DNA of 64,000 nucleotides from IMG/VR virus record IMGVR_UViG_3300045988_168162, positions 82,781 to 146,780 of that record; one strand, written 5' to 3'. Positions 55,858 to 64,000 of this stretch are shown here, piece after piece (positions within the stretch are counted from its first letter, which is position 1; each line of letters begins with the position of its first letter). The notes under the pieces were generated by a model. The model was not told where the DNA came from. It made no database searches and saw only the letters and a program-made list of their open reading frames with translations. The stretch comes from a virus. Position numbers and translations under genes: made by a program.

Positions 55858-56151
55858 TGGTGTAAATGTGGTGTAAATTAGAGATTAGAGAACTTTTAAG
55901 TACAAATAGTACATCGTCATATCGTTTATTATTTGTTGCAGATATATTTTTCGTCAAGAAGCTGCGCGGTTTGTGACGAAAGTTGTATTTTGGCCAGAAA
56001 AATCGAGTGCCGTGCGAACTATATGATGTTGTATCGTTTATTTTCTATTCACACAGATTTGATCAGTGGTTTTAATTTCAACAACTTCTTTTTGTAAGTT
56101 CTCAAAATTTCTTATAGTTTACCGGATAAATGGTGTAAAAAATGGTGTAAA
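55858..56151. repeat. attP-like region with four direct TGGTGTAAA arm-type repeats
   Basis: Copies at 55858, 55869, 56131 and 56143. ATCGTTTATT is repeated at 55921 and 56033. The region is non-coding, AT-rich and adjacent to int. Confidence 0.45.
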
Positions 56152-56164
56152 ACAGGCTTGTTTA

Positions 56165-57319
56165 TTATGTCGCAATAGCCCGCATATTAGCCGCGACATT
56201 TTCGTAAGAAGCATGTGCGTATACGTTTAGCGTCATTTTCACTGAAGCATGTCCCATCAAATACTGTAGACTCTTTATATCCATACCTGCATTTACCATG
56301 TTGGTACAGAATGTGTGCCGTAACACATGTGGAGTCAACATCTTTATTGGCACAGCTGGGTTTGTGTCGTTATACGCTTTTTTCAGCCGTGTAAATATGT
56401 GGTCAATTTCACAGCGCTCCATAATTCTGCCGTTTGACTTTAAAGCAATAAAGCCGTGACAGCCATCAACAATATTAACAATATTGCTTTTCTGACTTTT
56501 TTCAATAAGCTTTTTCAGGCTATTCGACACTTGTGTTGTCATTGGAATATATCGTACACCATATGCTGTTTTTGTAGTCTTAATATGCGGCTTCTTATCC
56601 GAGCCACGTACCAGTTGCTTATTTATAAAAATACGATTATTATTGAAGTCTATGTCGTTGATTGTAAGACCCAAAAATTCACTTATTCGCATGCCTGTTC
56701 CAAGTAAAACATTGATAAGATCATAATGTTTATACCATGGTGCGGTGTTTCTTATAAAAGCCAGAAGTCCATTTTGTTGCACAAGCGTTAATGGTTCTCG
56801 TACTGTGGAATCATTTTGCAAAAAGTCTGATATTCTAAAAGAAAATGGATACCTACGGATAATGTCTTCATTATAGGCCATCATAAATGCGGGCTTTACA
56901 ATTGTTAAAACAGATTGTATGCTACCATACTTTAAACCACTGTTACAAAGTTCACTAATCCATTTTTGAGCATCTGATGCTTTTACATCGACTATTTTCA
57001 TATACGCAAAATCAAATTTAGACAACCTATTTGTGCTCACCTTATATGTTTCAGCTGTGCTTTCCTGTATATTTTTCTTTAAACTAAGGTATCTATAAAC
57101 AAGCTCCAACACGGTGATTTTGCCCGCCGCATAGTCGATTCCGTCATCCAAATTTTTATGAATAACCTTTTCTTTTTCTCTCAGTTCTTTTAAATCGCTT
57201 GCATATACACTTTGACGTTTTCCACGAGTATCGGTGTACCGATACATGTAGGTTCCGTCTTTGCGTTGGCTCTCTCCCACTTTAAGGACGCGGCCTTTCG
57301 AGTCCTTACGGTTTGCCAT
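56165..57319 (-). CDS. int: Tyrosine integrase (Tn916-Int-like, with N-terminal arm-binding domain)
   Basis: HVLRHTFCT..LMGHASVKMTLNVYAH catalytic region. N-terminus KDSKGRVLKVGESQRKDGTYMYRY. Confidence 0.9.
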   Translation of the reverse strand: MANRKDSKGRVLKVGESQRKDGTYMYRYTDTRGKRQSVYASDLKELREKEKVIHKNLDDGIDYAAGKITVLELVYRYLSLKKNIQESTAETYKVSTNRLSKFDFAYMKIVDVKASDAQKWISELCNSGLKYGSIQSVLTIVKPAFMMAYNEDIIRRYPFSFRISDFLQNDSTVREPLTLVQQNGLLAFIRNTAPWYKHYDLINVLLGTGMRISEFLGLTINDIDFNNNRIFINKQLVRGSDKKPHIKTTKTAYGVRYIPMTTQVSNSLKKLIEKSQKSNIVNIVDGCHGFIALKSNGRIMERCEIDHIFTRLKKAYNDTNPAVPIKMLTPHVLRHTFCTNMVNAGMDIKSLQYLMGHASVKMTLNVYAHASYENVAANMRAIAT

Positions 57320-57425
57320 GATAACTCTCCTTTCTGTCAGTTAAAAAGAAGAGAGCCTAAAATATGACACTTATATTATATCATATCTAAGCCCTCTTCT
57401 TCACGAACTCCCTATTAACAAATGT

Positions 57426-57620
57426 TTAAATTGAATAACATTCGTCTATGTATTTATCAAATTTTTGCCTTTTAATAAGACGTCTGCTGCCAACCCATAG
57501 TACAAATTTACAGTCTCTAGCATCTGTCAACTGTCTAAGTTTGTTTTTGCCTATGTTCGAGTAGGCGGCGGCCTCTTCGATGGTTAGGTTTTGCTTTTCC
57601 CAAATTGGGACTTCTTTCAA
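57426..57620 (-). CDS. xis: Excisionase (HTH_17/MerR-like)
   Basis: 64 aa, LTIEEAAAYSNIGKNKLRQL, located directly upstream of int. Confidence 0.75.
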   Translation of the reverse strand: MKEVPIWEKQNLTIEEAAAYSNIGKNKLRQLTDARDCKFVLWVGSRRLIKRQKFDKYIDECYSI

Positions 57621-57626
57621 ACAGAA

Positions 57627-57884
57627 TCACTCCTTGTAGGCATAGTCCAGCTCGTGGTAGCCCTGGCAGACATTGATCACTTTGCATTCATCGGTGCGGT
57701 AGCCGAACACAATAGTGTTGCCAGAGGCAAGAATAAACGCCGTGTAGTCGTCAGGGGTTTCGCGCTCTTGCTTTTTAAGCCACTTCTTGACGCGCTGGAC
57801 ATCGCTGTTAATATCGGCCTCATCACGGACCTTAGAATCTGGTCCGCCATAATAGTCAAAATCATCGGGGAATTTCTTACTCAT
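57627..57884 (-). CDS. Hypothetical protein
   Basis: ATG 57884 follows GGAGG. Confidence 0.5.
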   Translation of the reverse strand: MSKKFPDDFDYYGGPDSKVRDEADINSDVQRVKKWLKKQERETPDDYTAFILASGNTIVFGYRTDECKVINVCQGYHELDYAYKE

Positions 57885-58401
57885 TCGGGGCCTCCATATA
57901 AATCTCAAAGAAATCGGCCAGTGTCATATTGTTCAGCCGGGCAAGGCCATGGCACACAGCGTCTACATTCTTAGGAGTTGATGTGCCGATTTCTCGCACG
58001 CAGTATTCCAGCGGGTTCAGGTAGTTATAGTCGCGCTCTTCCATGAATTGCTGACCGTCATCGTCTTCCTCGATATAGAAAGGCTCGATATTGGAATTAG
58101 CCCAGGCGCGTAGTGGTTTGCCATGAAACTTGAACTCATGCTCGAAATAATCCGGGTCGTCCTTGATGTTGGTGTCCTCAGAATAGCGCCACCACTGGCC
58201 TGGAAATTTCTCCTGCCACTCATCCTCGGTAAAAGCGTCGTTCAGTTTGTTGAATTCAGATTCAGTGAATTCCCATACAGCAAACGGGTCTGGCCAATAG
58301 CTATCCTTAGATGGTGTATAGATATAAGTACAGCGGGCATAGTTAAGGCCAAGTGCATTGACAACGGCTGTAAATCCCCAGCTTGTTATAATTTCAATCA
58401 T
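57877..58401 (-). CDS. Hypothetical protein
   Basis: ATG 58401 follows GGAGG. Confidence 0.5.
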   Translation of the reverse strand: MIEIITSWGFTAVVNALGLNYARCTYIYTPSKDSYWPDPFAVWEFTESEFNKLNDAFTEDEWQEKFPGQWWRYSEDTNIKDDPDYFEHEFKFHGKPLRAWANSNIEPFYIEEDDDGQQFMEERDYNYLNPLEYCVREIGTSTPKNVDAVCHGLARLNNMTLADFFEIYMEAPNE

Positions 58402-58624
58402 TCGTAGATGCCTCCGCCACTTTATTTCCAAAAGGATCGGGGTTCAGAAATGTCTTTAGCGACTGACTTGCATCGGCTGTATTAACGCTAATTTTTTTCC
58501 ACCAGTCAGAATCGGAGCCGGGTCCTGTCCAGGAGATCTTACCGGCATCGTTCGTTTCTGTAATCGTGGTCTTTTCGACCAGCTTGCCTTCGGCGTTGTA
58601 TTTTTCAATTACGGTAGTCTTCAT
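58394..58624 (-). CDS. Hypothetical protein
   Basis: ATG 58624 overlaps the upstream stop (ATGA). Confidence 0.5.
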   Translation of the reverse strand: MKTTVIEKYNAEGKLVEKTTITETNDAGKISWTGPGSDSDWWKKISVNTADASQSLKTFLNPDPFGNKVAEASTND

Positions 58625-59199
58625 ACTTCGGTCACTCTCCAAACTTCACTTTTATCCCATTCAATCAGCTGGTTGATGGTTTTTGGCGTGTAATCATGCA
58701 GCATACAGCCTGCATTGATAATGTTGCCGCGGTTATTCGCCAGGCTGAGTGCGTTATCGCGCAGTTCGCCCTTCCACTCATTCAGCCATGTGTTTTCGCG
58801 TGTGTTATGTACGTGGCCGCAGAGCATCCAGCAATTGGGGCTGTAGCTGTGGTTGTAGAACATGATAGGGTAGTGGCACAGGATCAGATGGTTGCCGTCA
58901 TCATTGATCTCGGCATAGCCGCTGATGGATGCGAAGTAGTGCATCATGTCTGAGGTGATTTTGTCGTGATTGCCCTTGATAAGATGGATCTTGCCATGGA
59001 GCTGTTCGAGGATCATGGGAGCCTCGTCCGTATTCCAAAACATATCGCCGAGGACATAAACATCATCACGGTCGGTAACGACATCGTTCCAACGCTTGAT
59101 GAGGTCATTATTCATCTGTTCAATGGTCTGATATGGACGCTTATCGAACTGGATAATGTTCCGATGAGAGAAATGCAGGTCTGCGATGTAGTAGTTCAC
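58621..59199 (-). CDS. Metallophosphoesterase
   Basis: IADLHFSH, VLGDMF, KGNHD, LCHYP, CGHVHN motifs. Confidence 0.8.
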   Translation of the reverse strand: MNYYIADLHFSHRNIIQFDKRPYQTIEQMNNDLIKRWNDVVTDRDDVYVLGDMFWNTDEAPMILEQLHGKIHLIKGNHDKITSDMMHYFASISGYAEINDDGNHLILCHYPIMFYNHSYSPNCWMLCGHVHNTRENTWLNEWKGELRDNALSLANNRGNIINAGCMLHDYTPKTINQLIEWDKSEVWRVTEV

Positions 59200-59600
59200 T
59201 TGGATTCCTCCTTTTTATCTGCAAAGAAAGTTTTATAATCAAACCAGCGGTCGCTGACAATATTGCCGATGATTTTAATCGTGCTGCCCCAGCCCTTACT
59301 GGCGACGCGAATATATTTGCCCTGCATGTCCTCCAGACGCGACACGCCAACTACATCCATGATGCGCATGATGGCCTCCATACCGGCGGCAGAGCCTTCG
59401 TAGGTGTCTTTCTCATAGCTGTTGGGATAAATTTTACCAAGGCTATATCCACCGTATACGCAGCCCCAGGCGTCACCCTTGAGTCCAATATTAAGACAAA
59501 GGGAGCAATAATCTGCTGACGACAGAGAAACACTTGTGATAAGCGCATTCTCAAGCGTATAACCTTCGTTGACGAGTTCTTTTGCGGTGTATTTTTTCAT
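59196..59600 (-). CDS. Hypothetical protein
   Basis: 134-aa ORF in the early operon. Confidence 0.55.
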   Translation of the reverse strand: MKKYTAKELVNEGYTLENALITSVSLSSADYCSLCLNIGLKGDAWGCVYGGYSLGKIYPNSYEKDTYEGSAAGMEAIMRIMDVVGVSRLEDMQGKYIRVASKGWGSTIKIIGNIVSDRWFDYKTFFADKKEESK

Positions 59601-59615
59601 GAATATTCTCCTTGT

Positions 59616-60896
59616 TTACATCTCTTGTGCAAGTGCGGCGATACGGGAACGGTAGATATTTTGCAGCTTGACCTCGCCGTAAAAGTCGTTGCCGCGGAAT
59701 ACTTCGCTGAGGCGGCGCATACCATTGTTCTCCCCGGCATAAGCATCCATATCGACCTGGGCTTCATAGTCGCCGTCAATGATAGCGATACAGTCCTCGC
59801 CAATACGCTGCAGGGCCAGGCGCATCATCTCGATATCAAGGTTCTGAGCCTCGGTAATATAGACAGCGCAGTTCATGCCGGTGGTATCAAAGCCGCGTAG
59901 GTCAGAGAATGGGAGAAGCTGAATCTTATTTTCGTTGAGCAGGCGTTCCAACATCAGCTTATCACCGAGTTTGGCGCCGAGCATATTGCCGATTTGGCTG
60001 TCCAGCAGCTTTTCATCACGGGTGCCTGGGTAGAAGCCAAGCTTGGCAGCGCCTGTGGTGGCGCATGGGTTAGTGAATACAATGATTTTGTCGATCTTAT
60101 GAGATTCCAGCAGCTTGAACATATAGGCCAGTGCCAGATAACTTTTGCCTGTCCCGGCGGGGCCATGGAGCATGGTGATCTTATTGCGGGAGAGACTATC
60201 AAGGGCCAGTTTCTGATAGGCATCGCCATTCTTGGCCTTGACGGTATCGAACATGAGCGTTTTGAAAGACTTATACTCGACCGGGACATGCTTATCGCCA
60301 TCCCAACAGAATATATCGGTCACATTGCCATCCTTATCACGCAGGATCAGATACTGGTTTGTCAGCAGGCAGAAGATATCCGAGGTTGGGTCATTATACA
60401 GTTCTGCATGTTCTTGCTCAGTAGGCACGACCTCTTTGTAGCCGGTATATGTATCTGTTGGCAGGATGTCGGAAGTGCTGCACACATCCAGGTGAAAAAT
60501 ATCGTGGGCGATGAGTTTGCAGCAGATATCATCCGTGCAGAATGTGATGGTTGTTGTGCCATTAAACGTATCGGCCACATGCTTTGCTGCGGCGCAAATC
60601 TTGGAGTCGGTAGTATCCGGTGCAATGGGTCCGCTGACTGTAATGGCAGGATCAACAGGCCATGCTGGTCCTACATGGACTTCATCGCGCTCATACTCGA
60701 CCGAGTAGATGCCAGACTCACGGTATTCGTCCAGCAGTTTGGTCATACGACGGGCACGATAGCGAATACTTTCATCTTTGGTGCGACTGGTTTTGATTGA
60801 TTCCAGCTCGCTGAGGGTGTATGCTGAGATAAAGAAATCTTCATCAAAGGCCGATTCGCCCATATTGAGCAGGGCGCAAGTATCATAAAAGTACAA
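59616..60896 (-). CDS. PIN-domain PhoH-like ATPase
   Basis: TTG start after GAGGTGAT. N-terminal PIN-like FYDTCALL. LHGPAGTGKSYLA Walker A. Confidence 0.85.
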   Translation of the reverse strand: MYFYDTCALLNMGESAFDEDFFISAYTLSELESIKTSRTKDESIRYRARRMTKLLDEYRESGIYSVEYERDEVHVGPAWPVDPAITVSGPIAPDTTDSKICAAAKHVADTFNGTTTITFCTDDICCKLIAHDIFHLDVCSTSDILPTDTYTGYKEVVPTEQEHAELYNDPTSDIFCLLTNQYLILRDKDGNVTDIFCWDGDKHVPVEYKSFKTLMFDTVKAKNGDAYQKLALDSLSRNKITMLHGPAGTGKSYLALAYMFKLLESHKIDKIIVFTNPCATTGAAKLGFYPGTRDEKLLDSQIGNMLGAKLGDKLMLERLLNENKIQLLPFSDLRGFDTTGMNCAVYITEAQNLDIEMMRLALQRIGEDCIAIIDGDYEAQVDMDAYAGENNGMRRLSEVFRGNDFYGEVKLQNIYRSRIAALAQEM

Positions 60897-60926
60897 GAGA
60901 ATAGATCACCTCATTTGAATTTCATA

Positions 60927-60955
60927 TTGCAGTTTATTTAACGGTGTGATATAGT
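60927..60955 (+). promoter_or_regulatory. Putative extended -10 promoter
   Basis: TTGCAG, 17-nt spacer including TGA, then TATAGT. Confidence 0.4.
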
Positions 60956-60985
60956 TAAATCAAAATTATTGAAGGAGGAACACCC

Positions 60986-61336
60986 ATGCCGAGAACTAAA
61001 GGTAGCAAGAACAAACCTAAGACCGCCGCTGTTGATTACGCAGCACAGATTGCCGAAGAACAGGCCGCTAAAGACGCAGCGATTGCTGAATTAGCCGATG
61101 CCGAAACTGCCGTAGAAGATTTGATGGCACAATTGGCTGATTTGAAAGAGGCAGTAAAAGCCAAAAAGGCAGATATCAAAATCATTGATAAGGCTATTGC
61201 AAAGCTGGAAGCCAAAAAAGCTAAAGCAGATGCTGCCGCCGAGGCAGAAGCTAAGAAAACCGAAGCCCAGGAAATGGTGAGTAAGCTGCTGGCTGAAGGC
61301 ATGAGCGTTGACGAGATCCTTGAAAAATTGAAGTAA
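60986..61336 (+). CDS. Ala/Lys/Glu-rich coiled-coil protein with basic N-terminus
   Basis: AAGGAGG SD. N-terminus MPRTKGSKNKPKT. The only + strand gene in the early region. Confidence 0.6.
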   Translation: MPRTKGSKNKPKTAAVDYAAQIAEEQAAKDAAIAELADAETAVEDLMAQLADLKEAVKAKKADIKIIDKAIAKLEAKKAKADAAAEAEAKKTEAQEMVSKLLAEGMSVDEILEKLK

Positions 61337-61342
61337 CTTATG

Positions 61343-61373
61343 GGCCGTGCAGGGTGACTTGCGCGGCCTTTTT
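61343..61373. terminator. Terminator hairpin
   Basis: GGCCGTGCA / TGCGCGGCC stem followed by TTTTT. Confidence 0.6.
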
Positions 61374-61524
61374 ATTCGTCGATGCAAAGGTAAACGGTGT
61401 TGTCGCCGACATATTGAGAATCCACAGCGGCAATATTGTAATCGCCGCTGTTTGTCTCGATAACGACATGCGTATCCAGTTCGCCCTTATCGAGCAGTTC
61501 ATGGATTAATTCGCGTATTGTCAT
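61372..61524 (-). CDS. Hypothetical 50-aa protein
   Basis: ATG overlaps the upstream stop (ATGA). MTIRELIHELLDKGELDTHVV... Not in the ORF track. Confidence 0.4.
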   Translation of the reverse strand: MTIRELIHELLDKGELDTHVVIETNSGDYNIAAVDSQYVGDNTVYLCIDE

Positions 61525-62042
61525 AACTGATTATGGCCCCTCATTTCATAGTGCTGGATAAATGAACAAGACTTTAGTGTGTTAGTGTTTACAGCAAATC
61601 CAATCGGAATATAGCCGTATTCACATAAGATAGCGGCATCTTCTAATCTAAGAGGCTCATCAACAAGGACGACTTTTGATGGTGTAAATTCCTTACGTCC
61701 ACGCAGAAATTGAATAGCTCTCATTGTAACGACATCGACTTCGCTAAAGCCGTATCTTTTACTGTCCTGTCTTAGTTGTTCGGCACGGCTTTCGATATTT
61801 ACAACAACAGGCAAATTGTACTCACTGGCCAGTTTCAGGACCAGATAACTTTTGCCAAAACCTCGGCCGCCAAATAGCGTATTTGGCATACAATAAATAC
61901 AAGACTTTTTGTCTTTGATGTTTTTATGCAGGATTTTCTCGAAGATTTTTTGCTCAACACGTTGGCTGTAAGTAAGCAGCTCCATTAAGTGTTTATTAGC
62001 CAGAACGTAATCTTCTGCATTACGGATTTTATCTATATTCAT
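61521..62042 (-). CDS. Hypothetical P-loop-like protein
   Basis: GGRGFGKS motif and VVLVDEP. Confidence 0.5.
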   Translation of the reverse strand: MNIDKIRNAEDYVLANKHLMELLTYSQRVEQKIFEKILHKNIKDKKSCIYCMPNTLFGGRGFGKSYLVLKLASEYNLPVVVNIESRAEQLRQDSKRYGFSEVDVVTMRAIQFLRGRKEFTPSKVVLVDEPLRLEDAAILCEYGYIPIGFAVNTNTLKSCSFIQHYEMRGHNQL

Positions 62043-62093
62043 ATGTTTAACAACCCCATACCCACCCGCGCTGCTGCGCTGACCTTATGTAGT

Positions 62094-62435
62094 TTAGTCT
62101 ACTGCCACCATCGTATAGATCGTGTTCAGGGTTTTAAAACGGAACTGGGTTTTGCCATCTTCTACGACCTCGGGAAGCTCGATCTCGACCAGCGGACTGG
62201 TGGTGACATAACCAGTTTTATTGCGGCCCATGAAGTCTTTAAGATAAGGCATGATGACGCTGCGGCCAATGCCTACGAAGGACAAGCACGTGTATGTACT
62301 GCCGATACGGATAGGATAGCGGCCATCGGTGCGGGTCTCGCCAGCCTTATAGTCAGGACCATCATTGGCGTACTGGGCGTTGGTCAGTTTCCAGTTGCGG
62401 GAAATATCATTGATAATCTTTGTACAATCAGTCAT
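62094..62435 (-). CDS. Hypothetical protein
   Basis: 113-aa ORF. Confidence 0.55.
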   Translation of the reverse strand: MTDCTKIINDISRNWKLTNAQYANDGPDYKAGETRTDGRYPIRIGSTYTCLSFVGIGRSVIMPYLKDFMGRNKTGYVTTSPLVEIELPEVVEDGKTQFRFKTLNTIYTMVAVD

Positions 62436-62450
62436 GAAGTAAATAAAGCC

Positions 62451-62906
62451 TCACTTTTTTAAAAATAGTCGTAAAACATCTTCGTCCATAGCGACGCCAA
62501 TAGTCTCTCGCAAGAAGATGACGAGATTGTCGTAGGATAGATTCTCCTTGTAAAAATCGAATCCATATTTACTGGGAGAACATTCAGTGTAAGAGACTTT
62601 TATTTGAACAGGCGTTTTGAAGTTTTTTTCGTCAAAATCCCAGCTGGCATGTAGCCCATAGATTAAGACGTGTGGACCTTTAACTTTGCCAAAAAATGTG
62701 TGTGTTGTTCTTGTGTAGCTGAAAAAGCAAGACGTATAACTGTACAGGTCTTTGAGTTCTCTTATAACGCCAAAAAGGTCCCAAAATGTTTCGCAGTTAT
62801 AAGTGCCTGGATGTACGTCATTTTCTGTAAACAAGTACCTATCTGCGATATCTTCTTGTTCTTTGCCGTAAATAAGCGTGTACTTGACATAGTAAAGTTT
62901 GTGCAT
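62451..62906 (-). CDS. Hypothetical protein, tandem paralog A
   Basis: Shares MHK(L/I)Y..Y(T/E)ECSPK.YGFDFYK..LS.D with the adjacent gene. Confidence 0.6.
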   Translation of the reverse strand: MHKLYYVKYTLIYGKEQEDIADRYLFTENDVHPGTYNCETFWDLFGVIRELKDLYSYTSCFFSYTRTTHTFFGKVKGPHVLIYGLHASWDFDEKNFKTPVQIKVSYTECSPSKYGFDFYKENLSYDNLVIFLRETIGVAMDEDVLRLFLKK

Positions 62907-63334
62907 TATGATCTCCCTGTATTATCCATCGCCATGGCAAGCGCCTCGCTCCCGTAACGCTCCTGCATAAAACACATAAAATCATCCGAAGAAAGCTTTT
63001 GCTTATAGAAGTCAAAGCCATAATATTTTGGCGAACATTCATAACACTCGACGCGAATTGATGTCGGATCTGTAAAATTGCGCTTAGTGATTATGTGGGA
63101 AAGGCGGTAACCGTCAATGCGGATATATGGCTCATGCCTAATTACAGTTTTGCCGTAGTCAATCATAACTGGCAGTTTATTTGACACCGCAGCATCATAA
63201 AAATCATCAAAAGAATGATAAGTATAATCTTTAACAGGTGGAAGTTCTTCTTCTGTAAATAAGAAATTCTGCCAAAAACCATCGACCCGATCTCCGTCGT
63301 TTAGCGTATAAGATATACTGTAAATCTTGTGCAT
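62906..63334 (-). CDS. Hypothetical protein, tandem paralog B
   Basis: See paralog A. Confidence 0.6.
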   Translation of the reverse strand: MHKIYSISYTLNDGDRVDGFWQNFLFTEEELPPVKDYTYHSFDDFYDAAVSNKLPVMIDYGKTVIRHEPYIRIDGYRLSHIITKRNFTDPTSIRVECYECSPKYYGFDFYKQKLSSDDFMCFMQERYGSEALAMAMDNTGRS

Positions 63335-63336
63335 TG

Positions 63337-63960
63337 TTATTTCCCCGTAGATCCAAAGCCAGCCGATCCACGCTCGGTTTCATCAAGTTCTTCTACCTCC
63401 ACAGGCGTACACAGAGAAATGGGCTGGATGACGAGCTGGGCGATGCGCTCACCGACATCGATGACCTGATTCTTGTCGCTATAGTTATGAAGAGCCACCT
63501 TGACCTCTCCGCGATAGTCAGAGTCCACAATGCCTACGCAGTTGGCGGGAGCAAGGCTCTTCTTGGAGGCCAAGCCGCTGCGTGCATAAATGCAACCCAT
63601 ATAACCAGTAGGGACTGCAATTGCAATACCGGTGGAAATCATTTTTGTTTCATGAGGCATGATTACAATTTTAGATTTGAAATAATCATCCCATTCGGAG
63701 TCAGTTAATTTGCCAGCAATGTCGATTGCGGCTTTTTGCTCTTCACTAAGAAACGTGTCGCCAAAAATGCCAGTGCCGCCGAAAAGGTCAAAGAATTTCG
63801 CATATGTAACATTCTGATCAACAACAGATTTGTACGCTTTCTTTTCCTCGTCCGTATACTCGACAGGCAGCGCGTACAGATCCATACCGGCGTCAGTGTC
63901 GTGAGCGCGGGTAGGAACATGAGCATCGGGGTGGAGCTTTTTGATTTTCAAAACTTCCAT
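63337..63960 (-). CDS. dut: Trimeric dUTPase with a large insertion after motif I
   Basis: AGMDL, ARSGLA, GIVDSDYRGE, RIAQLVI and RGSAGFGSTG motifs. 207 aa, against roughly 150 typical. Confidence 0.85.
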   Translation of the reverse strand: MEVLKIKKLHPDAHVPTRAHDTDAGMDLYALPVEYTDEEKKAYKSVVDQNVTYAKFFDLFGGTGIFGDTFLSEEQKAAIDIAGKLTDSEWDDYFKSKIVIMPHETKMISTGIAIAVPTGYMGCIYARSGLASKKSLAPANCVGIVDSDYRGEVKVALHNYSDKNQVIDVGERIAQLVIQPISLCTPVEVEELDETERGSAGFGSTGK

Positions 63961-63961
63961 T

Positions 63962-64000
63962 TTATTCTCCTTTAAGAGTGGCTTTGGTGGTGTCGGATGC
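63962..64000 (-). CDS. 3' end of an upstream early gene, truncated by the window edge
   Basis: Open frame ending at TAA one nt before the dut ATG. Confidence 0.3.
   Translation of the reverse strand, partial: ASDTTKATLKGE

Larger units (their letters stand above)
1..64000. mobile_element. Temperate siphovirus-like phage genome segment in non-integrated gene order
   Basis: Packaging, head, tail, fibre and lysis modules are contiguous on the + strand. They are followed by an attP-like region, tyrosine integrase/excisionase and early genes on the - strand. Phage genes flank int on both sides. Confidence 0.85.

Noticed and set aside
55655-55876. 73-aa + strand ORF in the attP region
   Set aside because: It starts inside the late-operon terminator, has no SD, and spans the int terminator and the arm repeats. 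It is likely non-coding.

Overview
The window holds most of a temperate siphovirus-like dsDNA phage genome in its non-integrated gene order. The host looks Gram-positive and Clostridia-like, judging from GGAGG-type SDs, XkdX genes, Tn916-type Int/Xis and a GH25+SH3b lysin. On the + strand the order is: a few early/late-boundary genes (metallophosphoesterase), terminase, portal, protease/scaffold, major capsid, neck genes, major tail protein, chaperone-like genes, a tape measure gene in two pieces, distal tail/baseplate genes, a 2277-aa mosaic fibre, at least 6 further fibre-like genes and a lysis cassette (M23+GH25+SH3b lysin, holins). An attP-like region follows. The - strand then carries integrase, excisionase and early genes (metallophosphoesterase, PIN-PhoH, dUTPase). 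No tRNA, rRNA, CRISPR array or reverse transcriptase was recognised. Four accessory insertions sit inside the structural operon. (1) 15.4-18.4 kb lies between the major tail protein and the chaperone genes. It holds a DUF1064 nuclease, an XkdW/XkdX-like pair and four paralogous small genes with a conserved N-terminus MSVALMGPGGG. Three of the four are preceded by a strong-SD leader ORF containing a poly-G tract (G9, G10, G11). Only the G11 frame carries leader translation to the paralog start codon, so this looks like a phase-variable translational switch and is my top candidate for an undescribed system. (2) 23.58-27.34 kb is a 3.76-kb island separating the TP901-core half of the tape measure from its C-terminal half. 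It carries its own consensus promoters, a DUF5678-like/retropepsin-like pair, an XRE regulator and a minus-strand operon encoding a membrane protein, a double zinc-ribbon protein and a proteasome/HslV-like Ntn-hydrolase candidate. (3) 33.58-34.01 kb is a convergent type I toxin-antitoxin-like module. (4) A second XkdW/XkdX pair and a repeat-sharing fibre gene array follow. All functional calls rest on motifs read by eye; no database search was possible.
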